From the NCBI GenBank assembly GCA_964487475.1, contig CAZAPM010000008.1, forward strand, positions 1-57,086: a stretch of 57,086 nucleotides of DNA. Reading direction: 5' to 3'. Origin of the DNA: an uncultured Planctomycetales bacterium (GTDB taxonomy: Bacteria > Omnitrophota > Gorgyraeia > Gygaellales > Profunditerraquicolaceae). The translations under genes were made by a program, and so were the position numbers. Positions 28,568 through 37,079 of the stretch are shown piece by piece (position 1 is the stretch's first letter; each line of letters opens with the position of its first letter). Below the pieces are notes generated by a model. It did not search any database. It saw nothing but the letters and a program-made list of their open reading frames with translations, and was not told the origin of the DNA.

Positions 28568-29545
28568 ATGTTCATACGCTATCTCCTCAAAAAGCTGCTG
28601 CTGATGGTGGTGATGCTTTTCGGGATCACGGGGGTGAGCTTCTGCGTGATCCATCTCGCGCCCGGTACCCCCACGGTGCTGGAACAGTCCCTGAACCCGA
28701 AAGTCTCCCGGGAGACCCGCGAGCGCCTCGACGCGCTCTACGGGCTGGACAAGCCGCTGCACGTGCAGTACCTGCGCTGGCTCAGACGCACCGTCTCCCT
28801 CGACTTCGGGGAATCCTTCAGCGACCAGCAGCCGGTGATGCGCAAGATACTGGACCGGCTCCCCCTGACCGTCGGCATCAACGCGGCATCCCTGCTGATC
28901 AGCCTGGCCGCAGGCATACTCCTGGGGATCCGCTGCAGCCGCGCCCCGGGCCGTTTCTTCGACCGCGCCTGCACGGCGGCGTCCTTCGCGGCGTTCTCCG
29001 CGCCCACGTTCTGGATCGCCCTTATCGCCATCCAGTTTTTCTGCGTCAGCCTAGGGTGGTTCCCCTTGGGACGGATAGCTTCCCTCGATTACGAGATGCG
29101 CCCCGTGACAGGAAAGATCCTCGACGTCTCCTGGCACCTGGCGCTGCCGGTGCTGATCTCCAGCATCGGAGGGACCGCGGTGGTCATGCGTTACATGCGC
29201 AACAGCATGCTCTTCGTGCTGCAGCAGCCCTACATCACCGCGGCCCGCGCCAAGGGACTGCCGCAGCGGCGCATCTTCCTGGTGCACGCGCTCAAGAACG
29301 CCATACTTCCCATCATCACCCTGGTCGGACTTTCCATACCCGGGCTGCTGGGAGGAAGCGTCATCTTCGAATCGATCTTCGCGCTTCCCGGAGTGGGAAG
29401 GCTTTTCTATGAAGCGGTCATGACGCGGGATTACCCCCTGATCATGGCGGAAGTGGTCCTGACCGGGGTGCTCACCATGATCGGCAACCTGCTTGCCGAC
29501 ATCGGCTATGCGCTGGCCGATCCCAGGATCCGTTACGGACGATGA
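28568..29545 (+). CDS. Opp/Dpp ABC permease (OppB-like)
   Basis: YGLDKPLHVQY, EAA-like YITAARAKGL, RDYPLI. Confidence 0.92.
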   Translation: MFIRYLLKKLLLMVVMLFGITGVSFCVIHLAPGTPTVLEQSLNPKVSRETRERLDALYGLDKPLHVQYLRWLRRTVSLDFGESFSDQQPVMRKILDRLPLTVGINAASLLISLAAGILLGIRCSRAPGRFFDRACTAASFAAFSAPTFWIALIAIQFFCVSLGWFPLGRIASLDYEMRPVTGKILDVSWHLALPVLISSIGGTAVVMRYMRNSMLFVLQQPYITAARAKGLPQRRIFLVHALKNAILPIITLVGLSIPGLLGGSVIFESIFALPGVGRLFYEAVMTRDYPLIMAEVVLTGVLTMIGNLLADIGYALADPRIRYGR

Positions 29546-30348
29546 AGAACACACCGTTGCTGCTCGGGATTTCCTGCATCGCGCTGCTGTGCCTTGCCGC
29601 GCTGGCCGCGCCCCTGATCACTCACTACGACCCGGCGCATGTCGATTCCTCAAGCCTGCTGCTGGCGCCCGATGCGCGACACTGGCTGGGCACGGACAGC
29701 CTGGGCCGGGACCTTTTCTCGCGCATGCTCTACGGCGCGCGCATCTCCCTCTTAGTGGGATTCCTGGCCATGGGGGTGGCGACCGTGCTGGGAGTGGGCT
29801 TAGGCGCCCTGGCAGGTTTCTACGGAAAAACCGCGGATACGATCATCATGCGTTTTGTCGATATCATGCTGTGTTTTCCCACCATCTTCCTGCTTTTGGC
29901 GGCAGCCGCGCTCCTGGAGCCTTCCGTGTTCACCCTGATCGTGATCATCGGCGCCACCAGCTGGATGGGGACCTGCCGGCTGGTACGAAGCGAGATACTT
30001 TCCCTCAAGGAACGGGAATTCATCCTGGCCGCGCACGCCGCAGGCGCGTCAGACTGGCGCATCATCACCAGGCATTTGCTTCCCAACTGCCTGGGACCGG
30101 TAATGGTCAACGCCACTTTAAACGTCGCCTCGGCCATACTGATCGAATCATCCTTGAGTTTCTTAGGGTTGGGAGTACAGCCGCCCACGCCCAGCTGGGG
30201 TAATATCCTGATCGAATCAAAATCGACCATGACCGTCGCCTGGTGGCTGACGGTATACCCGGGAGCGGCGATCGCCCTGACCATCGCATCCTTCAACCTT
30301 TTAGGAGAAGGGCTTAAACGCCTTTTCGGCCATGCGCCCCTTTCTTGA
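29542..30348 (+). CDS. Opp/Dpp ABC permease (OppC-like)
   Basis: HWLGTDSLGRDLFSR, EREFILAA, HLLPN, LSFLGLGVQPPTPSWG. Confidence 0.93.
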   Translation: MKNTPLLLGISCIALLCLAALAAPLITHYDPAHVDSSSLLLAPDARHWLGTDSLGRDLFSRMLYGARISLLVGFLAMGVATVLGVGLGALAGFYGKTADTIIMRFVDIMLCFPTIFLLLAAAALLEPSVFTLIVIIGATSWMGTCRLVRSEILSLKEREFILAAHAAGASDWRIITRHLLPNCLGPVMVNATLNVASAILIESSLSFLGLGVQPPTPSWGNILIESKSTMTVAWWLTVYPGAAIALTIASFNLLGEGLKRLFGHAPLS

Positions 30349-31126
30349 TGCCCGCGGCATCTCGATAGAATTCCGCAACGGGAAGCACGCGCAGCGCGTC
30401 GTGCGCCAGGCGTCCTTTTGCCTGCACCGGGGAAAGACCGCGGTACTGGCAGGGGAATCCGGCGCGGGAAAGAGCCTTACCGCCCGCGCCCTGACCGCGC
30501 TCCTTCCGGCACACGCCCGGGCCACCGCAGGGGAGATCCGCGTCGGGGAAGAGGTCATGGCGGCAAACGATCCCGTCCGCCTCGCGCTGCTGCGCGGACA
30601 CACGGTCGCCTACATCTTCCAGGAACCCGGGGCATACCTGAACCCGGTGCTGACGATCGGCGCGCAGATCGCGGAAGCGTTCGTGACGCACCAGCGCCTC
30701 TCCTGGAAGGAAGCGGGGACCCGCGCGCTGGACCTGCTGGAAACGGTGCGCATCGGAGATCCCCGGCGGATCGCCGCCAGTTACCCTCACCAGCTTTCCG
30801 GCGGGATGAACCAGCGGGCCGCCATCGCCCAGGCGCTTGCCTGCGATCCGGCGGTACTGGTCGCGGACGAGCCTACCACCTCCCTGGATGCCGCCACGGA
30901 ATACCAGATCGTGGAGCTGCTCAAGGAACTTTGCGCGTCCAGAGATTTCGCCCTGCTCTTCATTACCCACAACCTGGGGCTGGCCCGAAGGATCGCGGAT
31001 TGCGTCTACATCATGTACCAGGGCTCCGTGGTAGAGGAGGGAAGCCCGGACAACATATTCTCATCCCCCAGGCATCCCCATACGCAACTGCTGATACGCG
31101 CATATGAAAGGATAGGAAGGATATGA
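30332..31126 (+). CDS. Opp/Dpp ABC ATPase (OppD-like, short C-terminus)
   Basis: GESGAGKS, LSGGMNQR, ADEPT, FITHNL, PRHPHT. Confidence 0.92.
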   Translation: MRPFLDARGISIEFRNGKHAQRVVRQASFCLHRGKTAVLAGESGAGKSLTARALTALLPAHARATAGEIRVGEEVMAANDPVRLALLRGHTVAYIFQEPGAYLNPVLTIGAQIAEAFVTHQRLSWKEAGTRALDLLETVRIGDPRRIAASYPHQLSGGMNQRAAIAQALACDPAVLVADEPTTSLDAATEYQIVELLKELCASRDFALLFITHNLGLARRIADCVYIMYQGSVVEEGSPDNIFSSPRHPHTQLLIRAYERIGRI

Positions 31127-31884
31127 GCCTGCTGATCGAAGCGCAGCGCGTCACCAGATCCTTCGCCCAAACGCAGAGCTGGGGGGATTCCGGCGCCAGG
31201 ATCCTGGCCCTCGACAAGGTAAGCTTCGGCGTTGCCGAAGGGGAGACCCTCGGGATCGTCGGAGAATCCGGAAGCGGCAAGACCACCCTGGCCCTGATCC
31301 TGCTCGACCTCCTGAAACCGGACTCCGGCAAGGTCATCTATCACGCCTCGCTTCGGGAGAACCTGCGCAAGCACCTGCAGATCATCTTCCAGAACCCCCT
31401 GCAAAGCCTCGATCCCCTGATGACCATCGAGGAGATCGTCAGCGAACCCCTGGTCATTCACCGGATGGTCAAGGGGAAAAAAGCCGCCCGGGAGGAATCT
31501 GCCCGCCTGCTTAACTTAGTCGGCCTCTCCCCGGACCATCTCAGCCGGCGTCCGCACGAGTTCTCCGGAGGCCAAAGACAACGTATCGCCATTGCCCGGG
31601 CACTGGCCTGCAAGCCCAGACTCCTGGTACTCGACGAACCGCTTTCCTCACTTGACCTGACACTGCAAGCCCAGCTTACGGAGATGTTCCTTTCCCTTAA
31701 ACAGGAGCTTGGTCTTACCTATATTTTTATCACCCATAATCTGGCCTTGGTCAAAGCCATCGCCGGGCGGTGCATGATCCTCAAACAAGGCAGGATCGTA
31801 GAAGAGGGGAAGACGCAAGTAGTATTCGAAGCCCCTAAGGATCCGTATACTTTACACTTATTGAACTGCGCGAAGGGTTTATGA
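31123..31884 (+). CDS. Opp/Dpp ABC ATPase (OppF-like, short C-terminus)
   Basis: GESGSGKT, FSGGQRQR, LDEP, FITHNL, PKDPYT. Confidence 0.92.
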   Translation: MSLLIEAQRVTRSFAQTQSWGDSGARILALDKVSFGVAEGETLGIVGESGSGKTTLALILLDLLKPDSGKVIYHASLRENLRKHLQIIFQNPLQSLDPLMTIEEIVSEPLVIHRMVKGKKAAREESARLLNLVGLSPDHLSRRPHEFSGGQRQRIAIARALACKPRLLVLDEPLSSLDLTLQAQLTEMFLSLKQELGLTYIFITHNLALVKAIAGRCMILKQGRIVEEGKTQVVFEAPKDPYTLHLLNCAKGL

Positions 31885-31925
31885 TAAATTGTCCGCATCT
31901 TTTAATATGCCATATAATGGATATT

Positions 31926-31957
31926 ATCTAATTTTACGGTAGATTTTATGGTATACT
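31926..31957 (+). promoter_or_regulatory. Extended -10 promoter with overlapping direct and inverted repeats upstream of the pilin genes
   Basis: TGGTATACT at 31949-31957. ATTTTA(C/T)GGTA direct repeat at 31931-31941 and 31943-31953. ATCTA-N9-TAGAT inverted repeat. Confidence 0.5.
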
Positions 31958-31972
31958 TTTAATGGGAAGAGC

Positions 31973-32425
31973 GTGAATAAACCGGGACGGTATCAAGTAT
32001 TACGTATGCGCATGCGAAAACGCAATAATAAAGGTATGAGCCTGGTGGAAGTACTGATCGCCATCGCGGTGTTCTCGATAGGGGTGGTCGCGCTTTTAAG
32101 CAGTATCGTCTCCGTATTCTTCCTTTTGGAATCCTCAAAGAACCAGGCCCTGGCGCTTTCAGACGTGCGCAGCATCATGGAGCGCATCCGCGCCACTCCT
32201 TACTCCAATATGCTGACTGATTTTCCCGATGCTACGGTGAACGGCCCTTCAGGATCCAAACGTTATTCGACGGTCCTGGGAGGGTACGGGCTGGGCACGG
32301 AGAACATGACCGTGACCTACACCAACAGCGCGACGGACCCCCTGGAAGTGAAGGTCACCGCCCGCTGGAGGGACAGGTTCGGCCGAAGCGAGACGTTAGC
32401 CCTGTCCACGTATAAGACGAGGTAG
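31973..32425 (+). CDS. Type IV pilin-like protein (PilV/pseudopilin-like)
   Basis: Class III signal: basic leader ...RKRNNKG|MSLVEVLIAIAVFSIG with Glu at +5. Start is GTG 31973 or ATG 32006/32012. Confidence 0.85.
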   Translation: MNKPGRYQVLRMRMRKRNNKGMSLVEVLIAIAVFSIGVVALLSSIVSVFFLLESSKNQALALSDVRSIMERIRATPYSNMLTDFPDATVNGPSGSKRYSTVLGGYGLGTENMTVTYTNSATDPLEVKVTARWRDRFGRSETLALSTYKTR

Positions 32426-32427
32426 CG

Positions 32428-33000
32428 ATGAAAAAACTGGGACGAAGAGGCCTTTCCCTGGTCGAGACGGTCATCACGGTGGGGATCATGCTGCTGACGG
32501 TGGATATCGCCTACAACGTCTACGTGACCAACTTCGACATGTGGGATGTGGGAAACGAGCAGGCGGAGCTGCAGTACCAGGCGCGAAGCGCCTTGAACCG
32601 CATGACCGCGGAGCTTCGCAACACCACGCGCACCTCGACCCAGACCCCGTCCCCCAACATCTCCATTCCCTCGACCCCGAACAACAAATCCATCCAGTTC
32701 ACGCTTCCCGAAGAGGATATGGGCGGGGGAGTGAGCGTGGTCAACGACGAAATAGACTGGGATACTAATACCAATATCCAATACCAGTATGTGCCCGGCC
32801 AGAAAGAGTTGCGCCGATCGGTGGGAGGCACGCACCTGGTGCTGGCTTCGAACGTATCGGACGTGCAGTTCATCGACACGGGAATCGACGGCTCGCTGCT
32901 GCGCGACGAGCTCAAAATCGTCCTGACACTGCAAAAGACCATCCGGGGAGGGAAAGTGATCACGGCCACCGCCCAGGGGATCGTCAAACTGAGGAACTAA
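32428..33000 (+). CDS. Type IV pilin-like protein (PilW-like)
   Basis: MKKLGRRG|LSLVETVITVGIMLL with Glu at +5, and ALNRMTAELR helix. Confidence 0.85.
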   Translation: MKKLGRRGLSLVETVITVGIMLLTVDIAYNVYVTNFDMWDVGNEQAELQYQARSALNRMTAELRNTTRTSTQTPSPNISIPSTPNNKSIQFTLPEEDMGGGVSVVNDEIDWDTNTNIQYQYVPGQKELRRSVGGTHLVLASNVSDVQFIDTGIDGSLLRDELKIVLTLQKTIRGGKVITATAQGIVKLRN

Positions 33001-33002
33001 AG

Positions 33003-34628
33003 ATGCGATTACGCACGAATAAAGCGCAAGCACTGATCCTGGCGTACATGGTGATCGCGGTATTCCTGCTGATGTCATCGGCGCTTTCCACCCGGGCGAT
33101 CGTGGAAGGGCGCGCATCCTTAGTCAACAACCGGCAGGCCGAGGTGTTCTACCTGGCGGAAGGGGGCACCGAGAGGGCCATCGCGGTCTTTTCCGCGGCC
33201 ATCGCTAATTACCAGACCATCCCGGGAACGGTCACCACCACGTTCCCCTCGTTTCATAACGTCACCGTCAACTCGACCATCACCGACTTGGAGAGCGGCA
33301 ACTCCACCGACCGGACCACAAGCGCGGGGGGCAGTTTCGTGAAGATCCGGCAGTACGAGATCACCACCACCGCCGTGCACCCGTCGGATGCCAACATCAC
33401 CGCGACCGTGCACCAGATCATCGAACGCCGCCTGATACCTACCTTCCAGCACGCGGTCTTCTACAACGACGACCTGGAGATCATCCCCGGGGCGAACATG
33501 AACCTCTCCGGCCGCATCCACTGCAACGAGGATATGTACCTGGACGCCTATGCCGGAAGCACCCTGACCATCAACTCCACGTACATACATTCCGCCGGGA
33601 ACATCTACAACCAGCGCAAGGATGACGGAAGCGAACAGGGAGGGGAGGTAAGCATCCGGGAGAACAAGACCGGCTCCCCCAGTTATGAGGACATGGATAA
33701 CCTCGACTGCGACAATGCCTCCTGGCTTTCCGCAGCCGATGCCCGATGGAACGGATCGGTCATGAGCTCGGTGCACGGCATTACCAAGCTGACCGCGCCT
33801 GCGGTAGGCAGCATCGCACCGGGAGGGTATTACGCCTCCAACGCCAATCTTGTCATCACCGCCAACGGCTCTGCCGTCACCGTGACCAAGGGCGGAGTGC
33901 CGCTGACCCAGGGGGTGGATTACCCCAACGGCACGTTCCAGGTCAAGACCACCTTCTACGATAACCGCGAGTCCCAGACCGTGCAGATGCTCGAGATCGA
34001 TATGCGAAAGCTCGCCGGATACAACACCACCAATGCCACCAACGCGACGTTCTCCAACAATCTGCCCTCCAACGGCCTGCTCTATGCCAGCATCGGCGGC
34101 ACCGGATCGAACCTGCCGGGGGTAGCGCTCACCAACGCCACCGAGATCAGGAGAAGCGGCGGATTGACGGTGGTATCCCAGAATCCGGTGTACCTGAAAG
34201 GCAACTATAACACCGTCAACGAAACCTCTGCCGCCATCATCTGCGACTCGCTGAACTTAGTCTCAAACGCCTGGAAGGATTCCAACAGCACTGGAAACAT
34301 CAACGGCAGGGTGGCTAACGCCACCGTATATAACAGCGCCTTTATCGCGGGGGTCGACGAAACGGTAGCCGGCAGTTACAACGGCGGCCTCGAGAACTAT
34401 CCCCGGTTGCACGAAAAATGGGGCAGCGTCAACCTGACCATCAAGGGCTCCTTTGTCGAGCTCTGGCAGACGCAGGTAGCAGACGGCAACTGGCCGGGTA
34501 CGGGTTCCGTGTACACCCCACCGGTGCGCAAATGGAGCTATAACGAGAACTTCAACAACGTCTCGAACCTTCCGCCCTTCACCCCCTACGCAGTCGAAGC
34601 CGAAAGAATAGCGTGGTGGATAGATTGA
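33003..34628 (+). CDS. PilX-like minor pilin with a large Asn/Thr/Ser/Gly-rich extracellular domain
   Basis: N-terminal KAQALILAYMVIAV (pilin helix lacking Glu5), QAEVFYLAEGG (PilX-type), C-terminal GSFVELW and YTPPVRKWSY. Third gene in the pilV-pilW-pilX order. Confidence 0.75.
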   Translation: MRLRTNKAQALILAYMVIAVFLLMSSALSTRAIVEGRASLVNNRQAEVFYLAEGGTERAIAVFSAAIANYQTIPGTVTTTFPSFHNVTVNSTITDLESGNSTDRTTSAGGSFVKIRQYEITTTAVHPSDANITATVHQIIERRLIPTFQHAVFYNDDLEIIPGANMNLSGRIHCNEDMYLDAYAGSTLTINSTYIHSAGNIYNQRKDDGSEQGGEVSIRENKTGSPSYEDMDNLDCDNASWLSAADARWNGSVMSSVHGITKLTAPAVGSIAPGGYYASNANLVITANGSAVTVTKGGVPLTQGVDYPNGTFQVKTTFYDNRESQTVQMLEIDMRKLAGYNTTNATNATFSNNLPSNGLLYASIGGTGSNLPGVALTNATEIRRSGGLTVVSQNPVYLKGNYNTVNETSAAIICDSLNLVSNAWKDSNSTGNINGRVANATVYNSAFIAGVDETVAGSYNGGLENYPRLHEKWGSVNLTIKGSFVELWQTQVADGNWPGTGSVYTPPVRKWSYNENFNNVSNLPPFTPYAVEAERIAWWID

Positions 34629-34639
34629 GCAGAAAGCGA

Positions 34640-34709
34640 AACACCAGCCTTTCCTATTAGGCCGGGTGTTAGTCCACCCTGGCGCATACCGATAAAGCCA
34701 GGGGTGGGC
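34640..34709 (+). other. Two tandem stem-loops after the pilin operon (terminator, RNA stability element or small structured RNA)
   Basis: AACACCAGCCT...AGGCCGGGTGTT (34640-34670) and GTCCACCCTGGC...GCCAGGGGTGGGC (34672-34709). No poly-U tail. Confidence 0.5.
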
Positions 34710-34717
34710 GGAAATCC

Positions 34718-34746
34718 TTGTAAATTCCCCGCCGTAACGATATAAT
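34718..34746 (+). promoter_or_regulatory. sigma70 promoter predicted to give a leaderless marC mRNA
   Basis: TTGTAA-17 nt-TATAAT, then 6 nt to ATG 34753, with no SD. Confidence 0.65.
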
Positions 34747-34752
34747 ATCCCT

Positions 34753-35352
34753 ATGTTCAGCCTTTTCGAGCCTTTTATCCTGGCGTTCATACCCGTATTC
34801 GTAGCCGTCGACTCCCTGGGCAACGTGCCGGTCTTCCTTTCCCTGATCGACGGCATGAACCGGGCGCAGCGGCAGCGGACCATCGCCGTTTCCGTCACCA
34901 CGGCCACGGTCATGGCCCTGCTCTTCATGCTGGTGGGCAAGGTGGTCTTCAACCTGATCGGCATCTCCGTCCCCGACTTCCAGATCGCCGGCGGGGTACT
35001 GCTCTTCGTGATCGCCACCCGGCTGCTCCTGCCCGGGAACTCCTCCAAAGCGCCCCTTTCAGACGGGAATAAAGAGATCGCGGTCTTCCCCCTGGGCACG
35101 CCCCTGATCACCGGCCCGGCGGTCCTTACCACCACCATCATGATGCTGGATACCTACGGGCTTTTCCCCACCTTCGTCTCTTTGACCCTGAACATGGGGA
35201 TCGTCTGGGTGGTCTTTGCCAACTCCGGACTTATCGTGCGGATCATGGGGATCAACGGCACCAAAGCCTTCGCCAAGGTCATTTATATACTGCTGGCGGC
35301 GATCGGCGTGATGATGATCCGCAAGGGGATCACCGCGGTCATCGCGCCATGA
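34753..35352 (+). CDS. MarC family integral membrane protein
   Basis: FVAVDSLGNVPVF, FQIAGGVLLF, AVFPLGTPLITGPAVLTT. Confidence 0.9.
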   Translation: MFSLFEPFILAFIPVFVAVDSLGNVPVFLSLIDGMNRAQRQRTIAVSVTTATVMALLFMLVGKVVFNLIGISVPDFQIAGGVLLFVIATRLLLPGNSSKAPLSDGNKEIAVFPLGTPLITGPAVLTTTIMMLDTYGLFPTFVSLTLNMGIVWVVFANSGLIVRIMGINGTKAFAKVIYILLAAIGVMMIRKGITAVIAP

Positions 35353-36575
35353 TGAAAAAAGTCCTTACCTTTATCATGGCCGGCGGCAAAGGGGAGAGGC
35401 TCTGGCCCCTGACCAAGGACCGCACCAAACCCGCCGTACCTTTCGGCGGGATCTACCGGATCGTCGATTTCACCCTTTCCAACTGCGTCAACTCGGGCCT
35501 GCGCCGGGTCTATGTCCTGACCCAGTACAAATCCGCTTCCCTGCAAAGGCACATCCGCGTGGGGTGGAACATCCTTTCCTCGGAACTGGGGGAATACCTT
35601 GAGCTCCTGCCGGCGCAGCAGCGCACGGGGGAGAGCTGGTACCAGGGTACGGCGGACGCCATCTACCAGAACTTTTACACGGTAGAGGAGGAGCAGCCCG
35701 ACGAAGTGCTCATCCTCTCCGGGGACCATATCTACAAGATGAACTATTACGCCCTGATAGATTTCCACCGCAAGACCAAGGCGGACCTGACGGTAAGCGT
35801 GGTGGAGGTCGCCAAAGAGCAGTCCCCGCACCTGGGAGTGGTCGAGACGGACCAGCAGCACTGGATCAAGGGATTCCAGGAAAAACCCCGCGCGCCGAGG
35901 GTCATCCCCGGGGCGCCGGATAAGATCTACGCCTCCATGGGCATCTACGTCTTCAACGCGGACGTGCTGGCGACCCAGCTCAAAGAGGACGCCGTCACAG
36001 GGGGCTCGGCCCACGATTTCGGCAAGGATATCATCCCCCATATGCTCAACCAGGGGTACAAGATCGCCGCGTACAACTTCCGCGACGAGAACAACAAAGA
36101 GGCCCAGTACTGGCGTGATATCGGGACCATCGACGCCTACTACGAAGCCAACATGGACTTGGTGCAGGTGGACCCGATCTTCAACCTCTACGACCGGAAC
36201 TGGCCCCTGCGCACCTACCAGGAGCAGTTCCCCCCGGTCAAAACGGTCTTTTCCGGGGACGAGATCACGGGCAGGGTGGGGCTGGTGCTTGATTCCCTGG
36301 TCTCCAGCGGCTGCATCGTCAGCGGCGGCCGCGTACAGCGCTCGATCCTTTCCCCGGACGTGCGCATCAACAGCTACTCCCAGGTCTACGACTCCATCCT
36401 CATGGAGGGGGTCAACGTGGGCCGTTACTCCAAGATACGCAAGGCCATCATCGACAAGGACGTCAACATCCCTCCGGGCACGGTCATCGGGCACGACCTC
36501 CAGGAGGACAAACGCCGGTTCTTCGTGAGCGAGGGAGGAATCGTGGTAGTGCCCAAAGGAGCTCATTTGACATGA
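35349..36575 (+). CDS. glgC: Glucose-1-phosphate adenylyltransferase
   Basis: AGGKGERLWPLT, KPAVPFGGIYRIVDF, WYQGTADA, LSGDHIYKMNY, FQEKP, ASMGIYVF, YWRDIGT. Confidence 0.96.
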   Translation: MMKKVLTFIMAGGKGERLWPLTKDRTKPAVPFGGIYRIVDFTLSNCVNSGLRRVYVLTQYKSASLQRHIRVGWNILSSELGEYLELLPAQQRTGESWYQGTADAIYQNFYTVEEEQPDEVLILSGDHIYKMNYYALIDFHRKTKADLTVSVVEVAKEQSPHLGVVETDQQHWIKGFQEKPRAPRVIPGAPDKIYASMGIYVFNADVLATQLKEDAVTGGSAHDFGKDIIPHMLNQGYKIAAYNFRDENNKEAQYWRDIGTIDAYYEANMDLVQVDPIFNLYDRNWPLRTYQEQFPPVKTVFSGDEITGRVGLVLDSLVSSGCIVSGGRVQRSILSPDVRINSYSQVYDSILMEGVNVGRYSKIRKAIIDKDVNIPPGTVIGHDLQEDKRRFFVSEGGIVVVPKGAHLT

Positions 36576-37021
36576 TCCGTAAAGCGGTGATCAAAGATAT
36601 CAAAAGCATACAGGCCCTGATCAACGGGTTCGCCAGGCAGGACCTGATGCTGCCGCGTTCCCTCAACGAACTCTACGACAACCTGCGGGACTTCTGGGTA
36701 TGGGAGGAGCGCGGCAAGGTGCTCGGATGCTGCGCGCTGCACATCTGCTGGCAGGACTTAGTCGAGGTCAAATCCCTGGCGGTCGCCCGGGCCAGCCAGC
36801 ATAAGGGTATCGGCACCCAGCTGGTCGGCGTCTGCCTGGAGGAAGCAAAACGCATGGGCGCCCGCAAGGCCTTCACCCTCACCTACAAGCCGGAATTCTT
36901 CAGGAAACTCGGCTTTCGCCGGGTCAAGCACGCCGATCTTCCGCACAAAGTCTGGGCGGAGTGCATCAACTGCCCGAAATTCCCCAATTGCCAGGAGATC
37001 GCGCTCACAAAATCCTTGTAA
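36572..37021 (+). CDS. GNAT N-acetyltransferase (short ArgA-like amino-acid acetyltransferase)
   Basis: MLPRSLNELY, EVKSLAV, QHKGIG, FTLTYKPEFF, LPHKVWAECINC. Confidence 0.85.
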   Translation: MIRKAVIKDIKSIQALINGFARQDLMLPRSLNELYDNLRDFWVWEERGKVLGCCALHICWQDLVEVKSLAVARASQHKGIGTQLVGVCLEEAKRMGARKAFTLTYKPEFFRKLGFRRVKHADLPHKVWAECINCPKFPNCQEIALTKSL

Positions 37022-37043
37022 TAACAGGAAAGTATGGTATTAT
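37016..37043 (+). promoter_or_regulatory. Promoter of the acyl-CoA dehydrogenase/etf operon
   Basis: TTGTAA-16 nt-TATTAT with a TG extension. GGAGG RBS at 37067-37071. Confidence 0.6.
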
Positions 37044-37079
37044 ATTTGTCTTTGCAGCACTTAACCGGAGGAATACGTC

